A stretch of DNA of 64,000 bases, taken from Phaeosaccion multiseriatum. Its lineage: Eukaryota; Protista; Ochrophyta, other classes. The notes below the pieces were generated by a model, which made no database searches, was not told where the DNA came from, and saw nothing but the letters and a program-made list of their open reading frames with translations. Numbering within the stretch: the first letter of the stretch is position 1; each line of letters opens with the position of its first letter. Location: contig OZ218965.1 of NCBI GenBank assembly GCA_965112735.1, positions 62,001 through 126,000 on the forward strand, given 5' to 3'. Below, one piece after another: positions 38,691 to 55,086 of this stretch. Both the position numbers and the translations under genes were made by a program.

Positions 38691-39115
38691 GGTGATGCTG
38701 TGGCTCTTTGGGTGGTTGTCGATTTGATGGAAGACGAGGGGCCAGCCGTTGAGAAAAAAGTGACGGAGTTGCTGCTGCTGCTACGGTAGTGGCTGCTGTT
38801 GTGCACAGTTCCTGGCTTAAAAAGTATTGGATGTGTGCTAAGGTGTGCAGCTTGTGCAGTTGGTGTTGTGTGCTCCCCGTCGTATGCGTCCGTCACACCT
38901 CTCGTGGAATGTATGGTGGTCGGCCAAATTCGATTCAAAGATGACGTTATTAAGTAGGTCAAGGAATTGAAATTGTCGATAATCAGTGCTGAGTCGATTT
39001 AGAAATTAGCTCTTCCTTTCAGTTCTTGATTTCTTCTAACTACTACCCTTCCTCTTTGGTTCAAAGCTTGCGAGCCAAGAAAACTAGAACCCCTGTAGGG
39101 TAATGAGGGGGGCAT

Positions 39116-39275
39116 TGAGTCAATAACTATCCCCCCCGTATCCCCTCTGAGTCAAGAACTATACCCCCCCTGACCGCTCTGAGTCAAGAACTATACTCCC
39201 CGTATCCCCTCTGAGTCAAGAACTATACCCCCCCTGACCGCTCTGAGTCAAAAACTATACCCCCCTGACCCCTCT
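39116..39275. repeat. 5 x ~32-bp tandem repeat containing TGAGTCA, alternating A/B variants
   Basis: TCTGAGTCAAGAACTATACCCCCC followed alternately by GTATCCCC and TGACCGC. Confidence 0.85.
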
Positions 39276-39276
39276 G

Positions 39277-42200
39277 TCATCTCCCAGGCCTCTTAGGAGG
39301 AGTGGACTTCGCCCCGCGTTTGCCCTTGCCCCCCCCCTTACCCTTCACGCCCCCCTTCATGTCCCCCTTCACGCCCCTCTTCACGCTCCCCTTCAACCCC
39401 CCGCTCCCCGCTCCACTTTCCACCCCCCTCCTGCCTTCCCTCTGCCTTGGTACCTCGCGCCTCCTTTGTCGGTTCTGACCCTGACCCTGACCCTGACCCT
39501 GACCCTGTCCCTGTCGCTGACCCTGACCCTGACCCTCACCCTGTCTCTGTCTCTGCACCAACTGCGCATCCTCCCTCTTGGCGTCCATCAGAGCGTCTGT
39601 GATCCGCCCCTCCACCCCCGTCCAAAAGCTGTGCGCCACAAGGTTGAACACCCCCACAGCCCCCGCCACTGAGTACAGCAGCTTGAGCAAACCCACTGCC
39701 CAGCCGCCCATACCGTCCACACCCCGCACGCTGCCCATGAACCAGAGCACCAACACGCGCAGGAAGGACGCCGCCGCGAAGGAGCCGCTCAGCACAACAT
39801 GGCCCAGTTCAGTCTGTCCCGCCCTCCTCTCCCCTCTCCTCTCCCCCCTCTGCCATGAGCCGGCACCGGCCATAGTACTCACACTCACATTGCCCGTCTT
39901 GGCTTTGACCTTGGCCTTGGCCTTAGCCTTGCCCTGGCCCTCTTCCCCCCCCATGCGCCCCTCCCTAAGGCTCTGAACTCGAGCCTGACCCTGACCATGA
40001 CCCTGACCCTGACCCTGACCCTGGCTTTCTTGCCCCTTCCCCTCGCCTCTCTGAAGCTTGTTGCCTCCCAGCCCCAATGGCTCAATTGACTCCATTGGCT
40101 CCAGTGACTCCATTGGCTGCAGCTTCAGCTCCCTTGATAGTGACAGTGAGAGCTTGTCTGGCCTAGGCTTGAGCTTATCGAGCACGTCCTGGAACAGGAG
40201 ATTGGCCATGAGCCCATCAAATACCATCCCCACAGACAAGTACGCCACAAGCACCGCTCCGTACGGCCTGGGGAGGAGAGGAGGAAGGCAGTGGATGGCA
40301 GGACAGGGCAGGACAGGACGAAGGGGGGTGGATGGGGTGGATGAGCTTGACACCGAGGCAGCCCTCCTCGTGCCGCCCGCCAGAGAGAGCAATAGAGATG
40401 AAACTGAGATGCCAGTGAGGTGCCACAGAGACAAACGACTCGGAGTCCCCCCACCGACTCCTGTCGACAACTCCTTTGGGACAAGATGAGAAGAGGACAG
40501 GCCGCACGTGTGTAGAGGGCAACACGCAGAGCAGCGCGAATTGGGGTTTGCCATCGAGGAAGGTGATGGGGTCTCCCTTCCTCCCTCCCTCCCTCCCTCC
40601 TTCCCTTCCTCCCTCCCTCCCTCCCTCCTTCCCTTCCTCCCTCCCTCACTCACTCACTCCCTCCCTCCCTCCTTCCCTCCTTCCCTTCCTCCCTCCCTCC
40701 CTTCCTTCCTCCCTCCCTCCCTCCCTCCCTCCCTCCCTCCCTCCCTCCCTCCGTCCGTCCGTCCCTCCCTCCCTCCCTCCCTCCCTCCCTCCCTCCCTCC
40801 CTCCCTCCCTCCCTCCCTCCCTCCCTCCCTCCCTCACTCCCTCCCTCCCTCACCGTAGCGTGTCCGTCAAGTGCGGGAAGAGAAAAGCCAACGCTTGGCG
40901 AGGAAACAAGCACCCCAGCACCCCCGCGGAGCCCAGCACGAGCGTCAGCAGCGCAAAGAGCTGTAGACTGAGGCCCGGGCCGTGCAAGCAGCGGTAGCGT
41001 AAGGCCTCGGTGCGTCTCAGCACCACTGACAGAGAGGGCCTGCGCAGGAAGGGGATTTGCGCTTGCTGGGCCTCTTTGAAGCACGTGCGCAGCAGGATCT
41101 GTGGGTTGAAAGTGGGAGGGGGGGGTGAGCGGCGGAGAGGAGAGGAGAGGAGAGCAACTCTTGGTCTTGTCGGCTGAGGGGGGGGGGTGGGGCGAAGCAG
41201 CCCAGGGAAGTCATTCTATTCATTCTATGCCAGAGTCTACAACCCTCCACTTTATTCCAGTTCAGTCCACCCAGCTCCCACTCCATTCCTGTCAATTCCT
41301 GTCCATTCCACTCCTCCTCCTCTTCCTCTTCCTCCTTTTACTCCTCTTACTCCCTCTCCTCTCCGCCTCCTCCTCACCGTCATGCACAGTGCGTCAGCAG
41401 CGGCGGCGAAGAGAAGACCCACCACCCCCAAGACCGCCCCACGCTGCAGCGTCACGACTCCATGCAGGCCCGCCCACGCCGCCAAGCTTGCTGCCAGGCT
41501 GATGAAGGCGTGGGGGGCGAGCTGGACGGATTGGGGTCGGGGGGGGCTGCTGCTGGAGCCACAGCTGGAGCCACTCAGGTGACCTGAAGGGGAGAGGGCG
41601 CCCCAGCCAAAAAGTATCCACCTGCGCATTATGTTTGTTAGGCACGAGCGGCACAGGGGCGGACTGGGTGAGGGAGGGGAAGGGAGGGGGGCCAGACGAG
41701 ATCCCAATGCCAGGAGCATTACACTAAAGACAGTCTTCACAAAACCCCATTCACTCACATGACGCTGCTGGCGAGGAGAGCAGAGCAGTGCGTTAGGCGC
41801 ACAAGCAAGTGCAGCGGGTGCGGCATAAAGAAGGCGGGCAGCAGTAGGTCGACGGCCCCCACGTTGAGCAGCCATGATGTCAGCGCCGTGTGCTCCAGCA
41901 GGCTCAGACGGCTGCCGTACTGCTCGTTTACTGTCGCCGGGAGAGGCCTTCCGTCTATCGTCTCTCGAGTGGATCCTAGAGGCACGTCTTGCCGTCCGAA
42001 ACTTGTCGTCTTGCCATGCGCTCGGGCCGTCAAGTCTCCTCCTAAAGACCGCAGAAGAGGCAAAGGCCTCCATGAAGTGAGGGCCATCAGCCGGCTGCTG
42101 TTGCTACGACCACTAGCACGGGTCGTAACATGGGCACCGGAGGGGAGAGTGCACCCCACTGAGCTCCTGCCCGCCCCCATCAACTGTCTCTGCCCAGAGG

Positions 42201-42321
42201 CAGGAGCGCTTCTACAGCTGCGGCTGCTGCTGAGTGTGAAAGCCTGGCTACGCTGCTGGCTGGCTTGAGCCACGAAGAGCACGGCGGCCACAATGCTCGA
42301 GCTTGCTCGCCGTCGCTTCAT
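39277..42321 (-). CDS. Uncharacterised multi-pass membrane protein, putatively plastid-targeted
   Basis: N-terminus MKRRRASSSIVAAVLFVAQASQQRSQAF (signal peptide plus AF cleavage motif), an S/R-rich transit-like region, several hydrophobic helices over about 4 exons and GQ repeats. TGA at 39277. Confidence 0.6.
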
Positions 42322-42513
42322 CCTTGGTGGCGATATCAACAAATGCTAACAAATAACAAAGCATAATCGATAATCACGGCTAAGTACGCGTGTTGACGCT
42401 TCGTTCTACAGATGGCGACTTTTCATTTTTTTTTTTTTTTTTTTTTCTCGCTCAGCAGGACCAATGGCAGGACCCTCCTTATTATAGAGTGAGAAGCGCG
42501 AGAAAGGGCAGAA

Positions 42514-43659
42514 ATGCGTAAGCGGTGTAAGGTTGGGGGATGCGAGAACCACCAGGTTAAGGGAGGTACTTGTATTCGCCACGGAGCTGTACGAAAGAGG
42601 TGTACTGTTGAGGGCTGCGAGAAGCAGATTCAGCGGTCAGGGCTTTGTGTGGCACATGGAGCTGAAAGGAGGACGTGTAAGGTTGAGGGATGCGACAAGC
42701 ATCAGATCCAAGGAGGACTCTGCGTTGGCCACGGGGCAGTGGTCAAGAGGTGCACTGTTGACGGGTGCCAGAATAAACAGGTCCAAGGTACAGTTTGTAT
42801 CCAGCATGGGGCAGTGGTGAAGAGATGTAATTTCGAGGGGTGTGACAAGCTGCCGAAGAGAAAAGGACTGTGTTACAGTCATGCGAAGGTGACGATGTGT
42901 AGCGAGAAGGGCTGTAACAACCATACTGAGGGCGGGCGAGCGGAGCAGGAGGAGGAGGAGGAGCTTGCCCAGTGTACGCCTGTGCCCCAGCGAGGGGCTG
43001 CGACCGACATCAGTGGAGAAGAAAGGAAGACGGCAAAGGCTACCTTTTCAGTTGAGAAGCAGGAGAGGGAAGTGTTTGGGGGGGGAGGGGAGCAGGAGGA
43101 GGAGGAGCTTGCCCAGTGTACGCGTGTGCCCCAGCGAGGGGCTGCGACCGACATCAGTGGAGAAGAAAGGAAGAGGGCAAAGGCTACATTTTCAGCTGAG
43201 AAGCAGGAGAGGGAAGTGTTGGGGGGGGGAGGGGAGCAGCAGGAGGAGCTTGCCCAGTGTACGCCTGTGCCCCAGCGAGGGGCTGCGACCGACATCAGTG
43301 GAGAAGAAAGGAAGACGGCAAAGGCTACCTTTTCAGCTGAGAAGCAGGAGAGGGAAGTGTTGATGGGGGGAGGGGAGCAGAAGGAGGAGCTTGCCCAGTG
43401 TACGCCTGTGCCCCAGCGAGGGGCTGCGACCGACATCAGTGGAGAAGAAAGGAAGAGGGCAAAGGCTACCTTTTCAGCTGAGAAGCAGGAGAGGGAAGTG
43501 TTGGGGGGGGGAGCGGAGCAGAAGGAGGAGGAGCTTACCAAGCGTCCGATCCTTGCGCCCAAGAGAGGAGCTGCGACTGAGATCCGTGGGGGGAAGAGGA
43601 AGAGGGGGAAACCCCCCTCCAGGCCAGAGCGCCCTCCTCAGAAACCCCTCCTCAGCTGA
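42514..43659 (+). CDS. Intronless WRKY19-like CxxxGC-x9-CxxHG zinc-finger array protein with C-terminal 47-48-aa tandem repeats
   Basis: Five complete fingers plus one truncated, then four near-identical EELAQCTPVPQRGAATDISGEERK... units and a partial fifth. Confidence 0.85.
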   Translation: MRKRCKVGGCENHQVKGGTCIRHGAVRKRCTVEGCEKQIQRSGLCVAHGAERRTCKVEGCDKHQIQGGLCVGHGAVVKRCTVDGCQNKQVQGTVCIQHGAVVKRCNFEGCDKLPKRKGLCYSHAKVTMCSEKGCNNHTEGGRAEQEEEEELAQCTPVPQRGAATDISGEERKTAKATFSVEKQEREVFGGGGEQEEEELAQCTRVPQRGAATDISGEERKRAKATFSAEKQEREVLGGGGEQQEELAQCTPVPQRGAATDISGEERKTAKATFSAEKQEREVLMGGGEQKEELAQCTPVPQRGAATDISGEERKRAKATFSAEKQEREVLGGGAEQKEEELTKRPILAPKRGAATEIRGGKRKRGKPPSRPERPPQKPLLS

Positions 43660-44025
43660 GGAAGCGGACAGACAAAGGTGAAAGGAGGCAAGGGAGGAAC
43701 AGAGTGGGCAGGTTTGCGTGTAGGGCCATGATACTTCGCTGCCCATTGGCGTTTGCAGAGGGTTGGAAGCTGCTGCTGATACTGCTACGCAATGTTGCGA
43801 CCGTCGAGACAGGATCCCATGGAATGGCGTGATGGTTGCTGTAGTAGCTGTGGTTGCTGTGGCTGCTGTGGGACGTAAGGTGTTGCTACTGTCCCACTAC
43901 GTTGTGCGCACAAAGAGCAGCGGAGGCAGCGCGTGGAGAGCTTTGCCGAGTACGGGCTGGCCCACCACCGCGATTGCTCGGGAGGAGCAGTGGATGATGA
44001 CAATGATGATAATGAAGAGATGTTT

Positions 44026-44762
44026 TGCTGGAGGTGATGACGAGAACCAAGTGCTGGAGATAATATCGAGAACCCAGTGCTGGAGGTGATGACGAGAACC
44101 AAGTGCAGGAGATAATGTCGAGAAGCCAGTGCTGGAGGTGATGACGAGAACCAAGTGCAGGAGATAATGTCGAGAAGCCAGTGCTGGAGGTGATGACGAG
44201 AACCAAGTGCTGGAGATAATGTCGAGAAGCCAGTGCTGGAGGTGATGACGAGAACCAAGTGCTGGAGATAATGTCGAGAAGCCAGTGCTGGAGGTGATGA
44301 CGAGAACCAAGTGCTGGAGATAATGTCGAGAACCCAGTGCTGGAGGTGATGACGAGAACCAAGTGCTGGAGATAATGTCGAGAAGCCAGTGCTGGAGGTG
44401 ATGACGAGAACCAAGTGCAGGAGATAAAGTCGAGAACCCAGTGCTGGAGGTGATGACGAGAACCAAGTGCAGGAGATAATGTCGAGAAGCCAGTGCTGGA
44501 GGTGATGACGAGAACCAAGTGCAGGAGATAAAGTCGAGAAGCCAGTGCTGGAGGTGATGACGAGAACCAAGTGCTGGAGATAATGTCGAGAAGCCAGTGC
44601 TGGAGGTGATGACGAGAACCAAGTGCAGGAGATAATGTCGAGAAGCCAGTGCTGGAGGTGATGACGAGAACCAAGTGCTGGAGATAATGTCGAGAAGCCA
44701 GTGCTGGAGGTGATGACGAGAACCAAGTGCAGGAGATAATGTCGAGAAGCCAGTGCTGGAGG
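44026..44762. repeat. Minisatellite, ~14 x 52 bp, built from two related 26-bp subunits
   Basis: GTGCTGGAGGTGATGACGAGAACCAA + GTGCWGGAGATAATGTCGAGAAGCCA repeated head to tail. Confidence 0.95.
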
Positions 44763-45100
44763 ATAGTGTGGTGGCGGCGAGTGACAAGAGGAGGCTCGGA
44801 CGGGAAGGCCTACGGAAGGGGCTGCAGAAGGGGGGCAGCTTGTGGAGGGCGTGCTAGCAGGCGCTTTCACCACTGCGCATGCATACCTCTGAACTGAAGC
44901 TTTAATGGTGTTGTGGTCATATGAGTGAGTGAATCGTAGAGCTAAAAAGTACATGAAACATGAAAAGTGTACAGTATCGCCTCCCAAACAAGGGTTGCTA
45001 AAAGTGCTCGTGGATGAATGCAGTGCATTTGGCCCATCCGCGAACGGTGTTTACTAACGCCCTCATTGAACGGTGTTTACTTTCGTGTTTACTATCGCCC

Positions 45101-47009
45101 TCATTGGCCGGAAGCAGCCGCCTCCGCCTCGATGCTCTGTCCATACACGCCCAATGCCCAAATGGGGAAGACATTCCTGTATGCCGTGTACGTGATGCCG
45201 CAGCTCCGATTGAACACCCCCGTGATGCCCTCCTGCGCCCAGTCACCGGTCGGCAGCTGCCGCTCCCTCAGCAGCCGTACCCCCCCCTCGATGGCCCTCC
45301 GTACGTCCGAGTCAGCCCTCCACCGCCCCGAGGCAAGCAGGCCCAGCACGGCCCACGCCGTCTGCACCACCCCACCTCCACTGTCGCCTAGGTCAGGGCC
45401 ACTCACGCTGGCGGTGTGGGGCTCCGAGTCGGGAGGGTAGGCCTTGTCCACACAGGCCAAGTAGTTCTCCCCCCACCCCCCGTTGGCGTTCTGCTTGCTG
45501 AGCAGGAAGGCACACGCCGCCTTAATGCGCGGGCTGTCTGGCCCCTCCCCCGCCGCCACGAGTCCTTCAATACCGAACCAGGTCCCGTAGGTGAAGCACA
45601 CAGCCCAGGAGCCGTACCAGCTGCCGTCTCGCCGCTGGATAGAGCCGAGGAAGCGCCGTCCCCTCCGCACTGACGCCTCAATCTCACTGGTACGGTGCGC
45701 GGGAAAGTCCGCTCGGAAGGCCACCAGAGCCGTGATGGAGGCACTCGTGCATTCCACGTAACTGTAATCAATCATTATGTCACCAAACACCTCGCTGGGG
45801 TTGAGGCTCTCGTACCAACGGAATCCCCGATTGTTCTCATATGTAGCCCACCCCCCGTCGTGGTTCTGGTACGAGAGCAGCACGTTGACGGCGTCGAAGA
45901 GGCGTGAGTCGGAGATGTGCGTGCCCCGGCCCCGTTCGCCCAAGCCGCTGTGACGGAGGTGCAGCACCGCTTTGAGCCCCTCGCTGGTGCAGTCTGAGAT
46001 TGGCCATCCGTGTGCAGAGTTGGAGAACGCCCAGCCGCCCTGGGGGTGGGAGGGGAGGGGAGGGGAGGGAGGGGGAGGGAAGGGAGGGGGAGGGGAGGGA
46101 GGGGGAGGGGAGGGGGGGGGGAGGGATGAAGGCCACGTGCGCGCACACACACACGCACAGGCACGCAAGTCACGAAAAGGAAGGGAGGGAGAGGGGTGCG
46201 GTGTTCTTGATGCGTTCACTGCGTCTTGCATCTCTTCACGGTAAGGCACCTCGGGAGGGGCGGACGTGGCGATGATGCTTTCCCCCCTCCCTCCGTCCTC
46301 TCCCTCTCCTCCGTCCTCCTTAACACATTGACCTCTCGATAGGTGTGTATCCTTTTCATTGATTGAGAAAGGACCCACTCAATGAACCAAATGAAAAACA
46401 GCCTCTCGCTCGCCCTCTCACTCACTCATTCAGTCCCTTCCTCCCTCCCTCCCTCCCTCCCTCACTCACTCACTCTCTCACTCGCTCACTCACTCACCTT
46501 GGACACATGCCTATAGAAGTACTCCCTGTCATCCTCGTCTACGGCGATCTGCACCTTCTCCAGGTAGCTCCACACCTTGGTACACCAGGCCGAGTCAGTG
46601 AGTGGGTCAGGGAGTGAGTCAGTGAGTCAGTGAGTGAGACAGTGAGTCAGTGAGTGAGTGAGTGAGTGAGTGAGTGAGTGAGTGAGTGAGTGAGTGAGTG
46701 AGTGCTCGCACCTTATCGCAGAGGGCAGGGAACTCGTCGGACAGGCCTGCGTGTATGATGGCCTGGATGGCAAAGGACGTGTCCCAGCCTTGCGACCCGT
46801 TGTAGCCCTGTGAGGGCAGAGGCATATGGGTATAAGGCGGGGGGGGGGGGGTGAGCTCGAGAGTGGGAGGACTAAGTTGTTTCGAACTTTCGAGAGAGGG
46901 AGGACTAAGTTGTTTCGATCTTCACTTTTCATCTCTTGATGTCCTTTTGTAAAGAGTTCTGCGACATATAGCAGCCCAAGGAAGTGGGGGTAGGGGTGCT
47001 AGTGTCCCA

Positions 47010-47063
<54 letters not shown>

Positions 47064-48920
47064 GGACCTTCATGCCGTCCTCCGCTACCCACAAGTAGTC
47101 CCCCACGCGCTGCAAGTGGCGCTGGAAAGGAGGGGAGAGCGTCGCAGAGAGCCGCAGGGCGTCCGCTGCCATCGCCTCCCCCTGGGCCCCCTGGGACGCC
47201 GCCTTGCGCCGTGCCTTGTCCACCCCGTCCGCCCACACGCAGAGCATGTTGAGTGGTTTGGACACAGGCCCGATGCAGATGTAGTTGGTCTGCTTGTCCT
47301 CCGCGTGGATGTACTCCATGGCGTAGCGGAGTCCGGCCTCTCGCAGCCAGCGCACGGGTGGGCACCAGCGGGGCAGGCCTAGCCACTCGTACACGGCCAA
47401 GCCGTCTTGCGCCAAGGCCATGGCCCAATGAAGAGGGGAGTACTCGTCCAGGGGCGAGCAGCGCTGCCTCCAGTGGTTCCAGGAGATGGCAGCATACGGC
47501 TCGCAGTACAGTTCGTCTCGCAGAGCCAGGATCACAGGGTCTTTGGGCTCCCCCTTCCGACTACTCCGACTGTCACTACCACTCCCGTCATTGACGCCGT
47601 AGGTGAAGCGGCGACCGTATAGGAAACACATGGGCAGATACACCATGCGACAGTGGCACCACAGCTTGCCTGGGTGGAAGGGGAACCAGTTAGGCAGCAT
47701 CCACATCTCAGGCGGGATGCTGTTGATGCCTTCCCACTCGTACAGACCCAGCAGCGCCAGCCAGAACTTGGCCCAGGATGGGCACAGCACCGCCCCACCT
47801 TGGGCCTGAATAAATGCTCTCCCCTCCACACAGGCAGGGTCCTCCGCCCCCACGCCGAGGAGGCGCAGAGAGACGTAGGACAAGACGGTGCCGAACATGG
47901 TGCTCGCACACTCGATGTGAGTGCCCCAGCCGCCGTCGGTCTGCTGGTGGTTGCGCAAGTAGGCAACGAGGCCCTCGGTTTCCGCGTCTCCCAGTGGGGC
48001 TCCCGAGGCGTAGTGGGAGATGACAAAGCCCGGGAGGAGGAACATGGGTCCCCCGTAGTCGCCGGCCCAGTGCCCGTCCGCGCACTGCAGCTGCTCGTAG
48101 AAAGCCACTCCCTTGCGAGCGGCGTCCAGCGCAGAGGCGGGAGGGGTGGCCTCTGCCTTCTTTGTCTCCTTTGCCTCGGCCTCTGTCTGCGGGTGGGCGC
48201 GCCTCCACGAGGCCAGCTGCGACGCCCGGAGAACTTCGTCGGAGGCGTTTGGGTTGCGCGAAGGATCAAAGGGAGGAGGGGGGACAAGGCCTTCGCCGGC
48301 GGCGGCAGCGGCAGCCGATGCCACGGCATTCGCCTCGCTGGAGTGGGAGGCGCCCAGCCGCACCCACAGCTGCCGGCCCGCGGGCTCTCCCGTCAGCGTC
48401 TGTGTACCGATATGCGCATTGGTGTAGGCGTGCGCGTCCTCGGCACTGAGGAAGACCCAGCCTGGCTCTAGAGCAGAGTGGCGCTCTGGCCATTGGCCCT
48501 TGCGCTTCAGCCTCTGGGCCTCGGGCTTGGCGTCTCCCGGATAGGACACGGGGAAGTACGCGTAATAGTGGTAGCGCAGCGTGCTCTTCCATGCCTTCAA
48601 CGCAAGTGGGGCGAGCACTACCAGTAGGGCAAGGCTGTAGAGAGAGGGAGGGAGGAAGGCAGAGAGGGAGCAGGCGCGTGGCAGCAAAGCAGGCAACAAA
48701 GTACAAGGGTCAGCGAGTTAATAGAGGACAAGCCACGATATTTGCACAGCTGCACGCACTCCGCGAATAGCCTTTGCGCAGCAGAACAGCAGAGGAGGCA
48801 AGCCGTCTTCAGATACGGAACGATCCTGGACACGACAGTCAGCACAACGTACCAAGCGAGGGAGGGCTCCTCTTCGAGCCTCCGCAAGCCTCCCCAGAGA
48901 CCGTCCACCAAACCGTCCAT
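45101..48920 (-). CDS. CAS1: 2,3-oxidosqualene cyclase, cycloartenol synthase type
   Basis: Motifs DGHWAGDYGGPMFL, LWCHCRMVYLPM, YICIGPV, MKVQGYNGSQ, catalytic HGWPISDCTSE and QW repeats (QRRDGSWYGSW, QNANGGWGE). The Y in GYNG and H/I in HGWPI are the established cycloartenol-type residues. Approximate exons: 48920-48853, 48634-47062, ~46807-46712, ~46576-46498, ~46039-45101. Confidence 0.93.
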
Positions 48921-49392
48921 TGCCCGAGAAGGTGTTAGCACGCTAAGGCAGGCAGCAGCTCCATGGGAATGTAAAAAAAAAAAATTAAGATGGGCCGTCG
49001 AGAGGATGTGGAGAGCGAAAATTGAAATTGAGCCTTCAGCGGGGGGAAGCTGAAACTGAAACCGGGCGAGGTCATGCTCAACAAAAGGACAGAGCAGGAC
49101 GTTGCAGTACGACCAGCCTAGCAGCGATAGAAGACTGAACACATGGTATAAGAAGACTCTATAGAGCTTGGTAGAAGAAACTAGGCTGCGCCTTGGCCTT
49201 TCTACGCCGACTTCAACAAGCTACGTTTTTTTGATCTCTTTCGGAAAGCCTTCTCGCTTATAAGGAACACAGGTCGCGGAGAGGAGGCCAGGCCGCTCTC
49301 TTCTCTGGGAGAAGCGTCTTTCTTGTCAAGGAAACAGTGAGAAAGGAGCCAAGGGGGCGGTGCTATTGACGCCGGCCCATGGAAAGCCGGTG

Positions 49393-54028
<4,636 letters not shown>

Positions 54029-54311
54029 CAGGGTGGAAGGGATGGAAGGGGGATGTATATGGGATATATGCATACTTTACGGCACCCGTGTGGCTCTCTC
54101 TCTCTCTACCTCTGCACTGTTCAACCGTGCGTTATGCGTTACCCGTGCTGTTCAGCGATATTTTTCATGGCAACCGTGAATGGGACAATCGCTGTTTCGT
54201 GGTTTCCGGGCTGGTGTGTCTCTCTCTCATTAAAATATTAACAAGAACACTTCCCCGTACAGCAGTACAGCAGAGCGAAACGAAGGAGGCACTCTGCCCT
54301 AAGGGCATCCC

Positions 54312-54490
54312 CCCAGTCTCCTGCTACCGTACCTGATTCGCCACCTACCCCTATCATCCCAGTCTCCTGCTACCGTACCTGATTCGCAACCTACCCCTAT
54401 CACGCCAGTCTCCTGCTACCGTACCTGATTCGCAACCTACCCCTATCACGCCAGTCTCCTGCTACAGTACCTGATTCGCTACCTACCCCC
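54312..54490. repeat. 4 x 46-bp tandem repeat
   Basis: CCAGTCTCCTGCTACCGTACCTGATTCGCAACCTACCCCTATCACG units between the convergent TMCO4 and VPS13 genes. Confidence 0.9.
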
Positions 54491-55086
54491 CCATCCTCCG
54501 AGCCAGAGCCACAGCCAGCCTTTTCTCGTTTGCCTTGCTCTGGTTTGCTTTCCAATGATGGCTATCTGAAACACTCGATTGGAGCAATGGTCTCCCTCGC
54601 TTCTTCCGACCTCTCCCTCGCATCTTCCAACCACAGAACATTCTTCTGCAGCAGATATTTAACGCTGTCCTCCTCCCTTGTGCCCTTTAAGCTGCAGAGG
54701 AGACCCACGAGGCATCATGAGCACAGGGAGGCGACATTCCTCGGTCGGTAGCAGCCCACGCTTCTCTCCAATCTGCCCTCGACACTCTCTGGGAAGCGGC
54801 AAAATCCCCTCCTTCCTGAGATGTACTCGGCACGTCCAGGAGAGCGGTAAAATCCCTTTCTTCCTGCGATTTCAGGACAGCGGCGAGCATCAACGTGGGT
54901 TTCCAAGGGCCTGCTCAACGCCTGTGAGGCTCACAGATGGCGCCTCTGAGGCCTTCTGGGCGGATACACACTTTTTTCAATGAAGAAATGCCCCACTCAC
55001 AATGAGCAAGGGCTATCAAGTGTATTACGTAAGTTGATTGATACAATGCCCATATGCCTGTCCACCTCTGCTCATATCCCACACGC

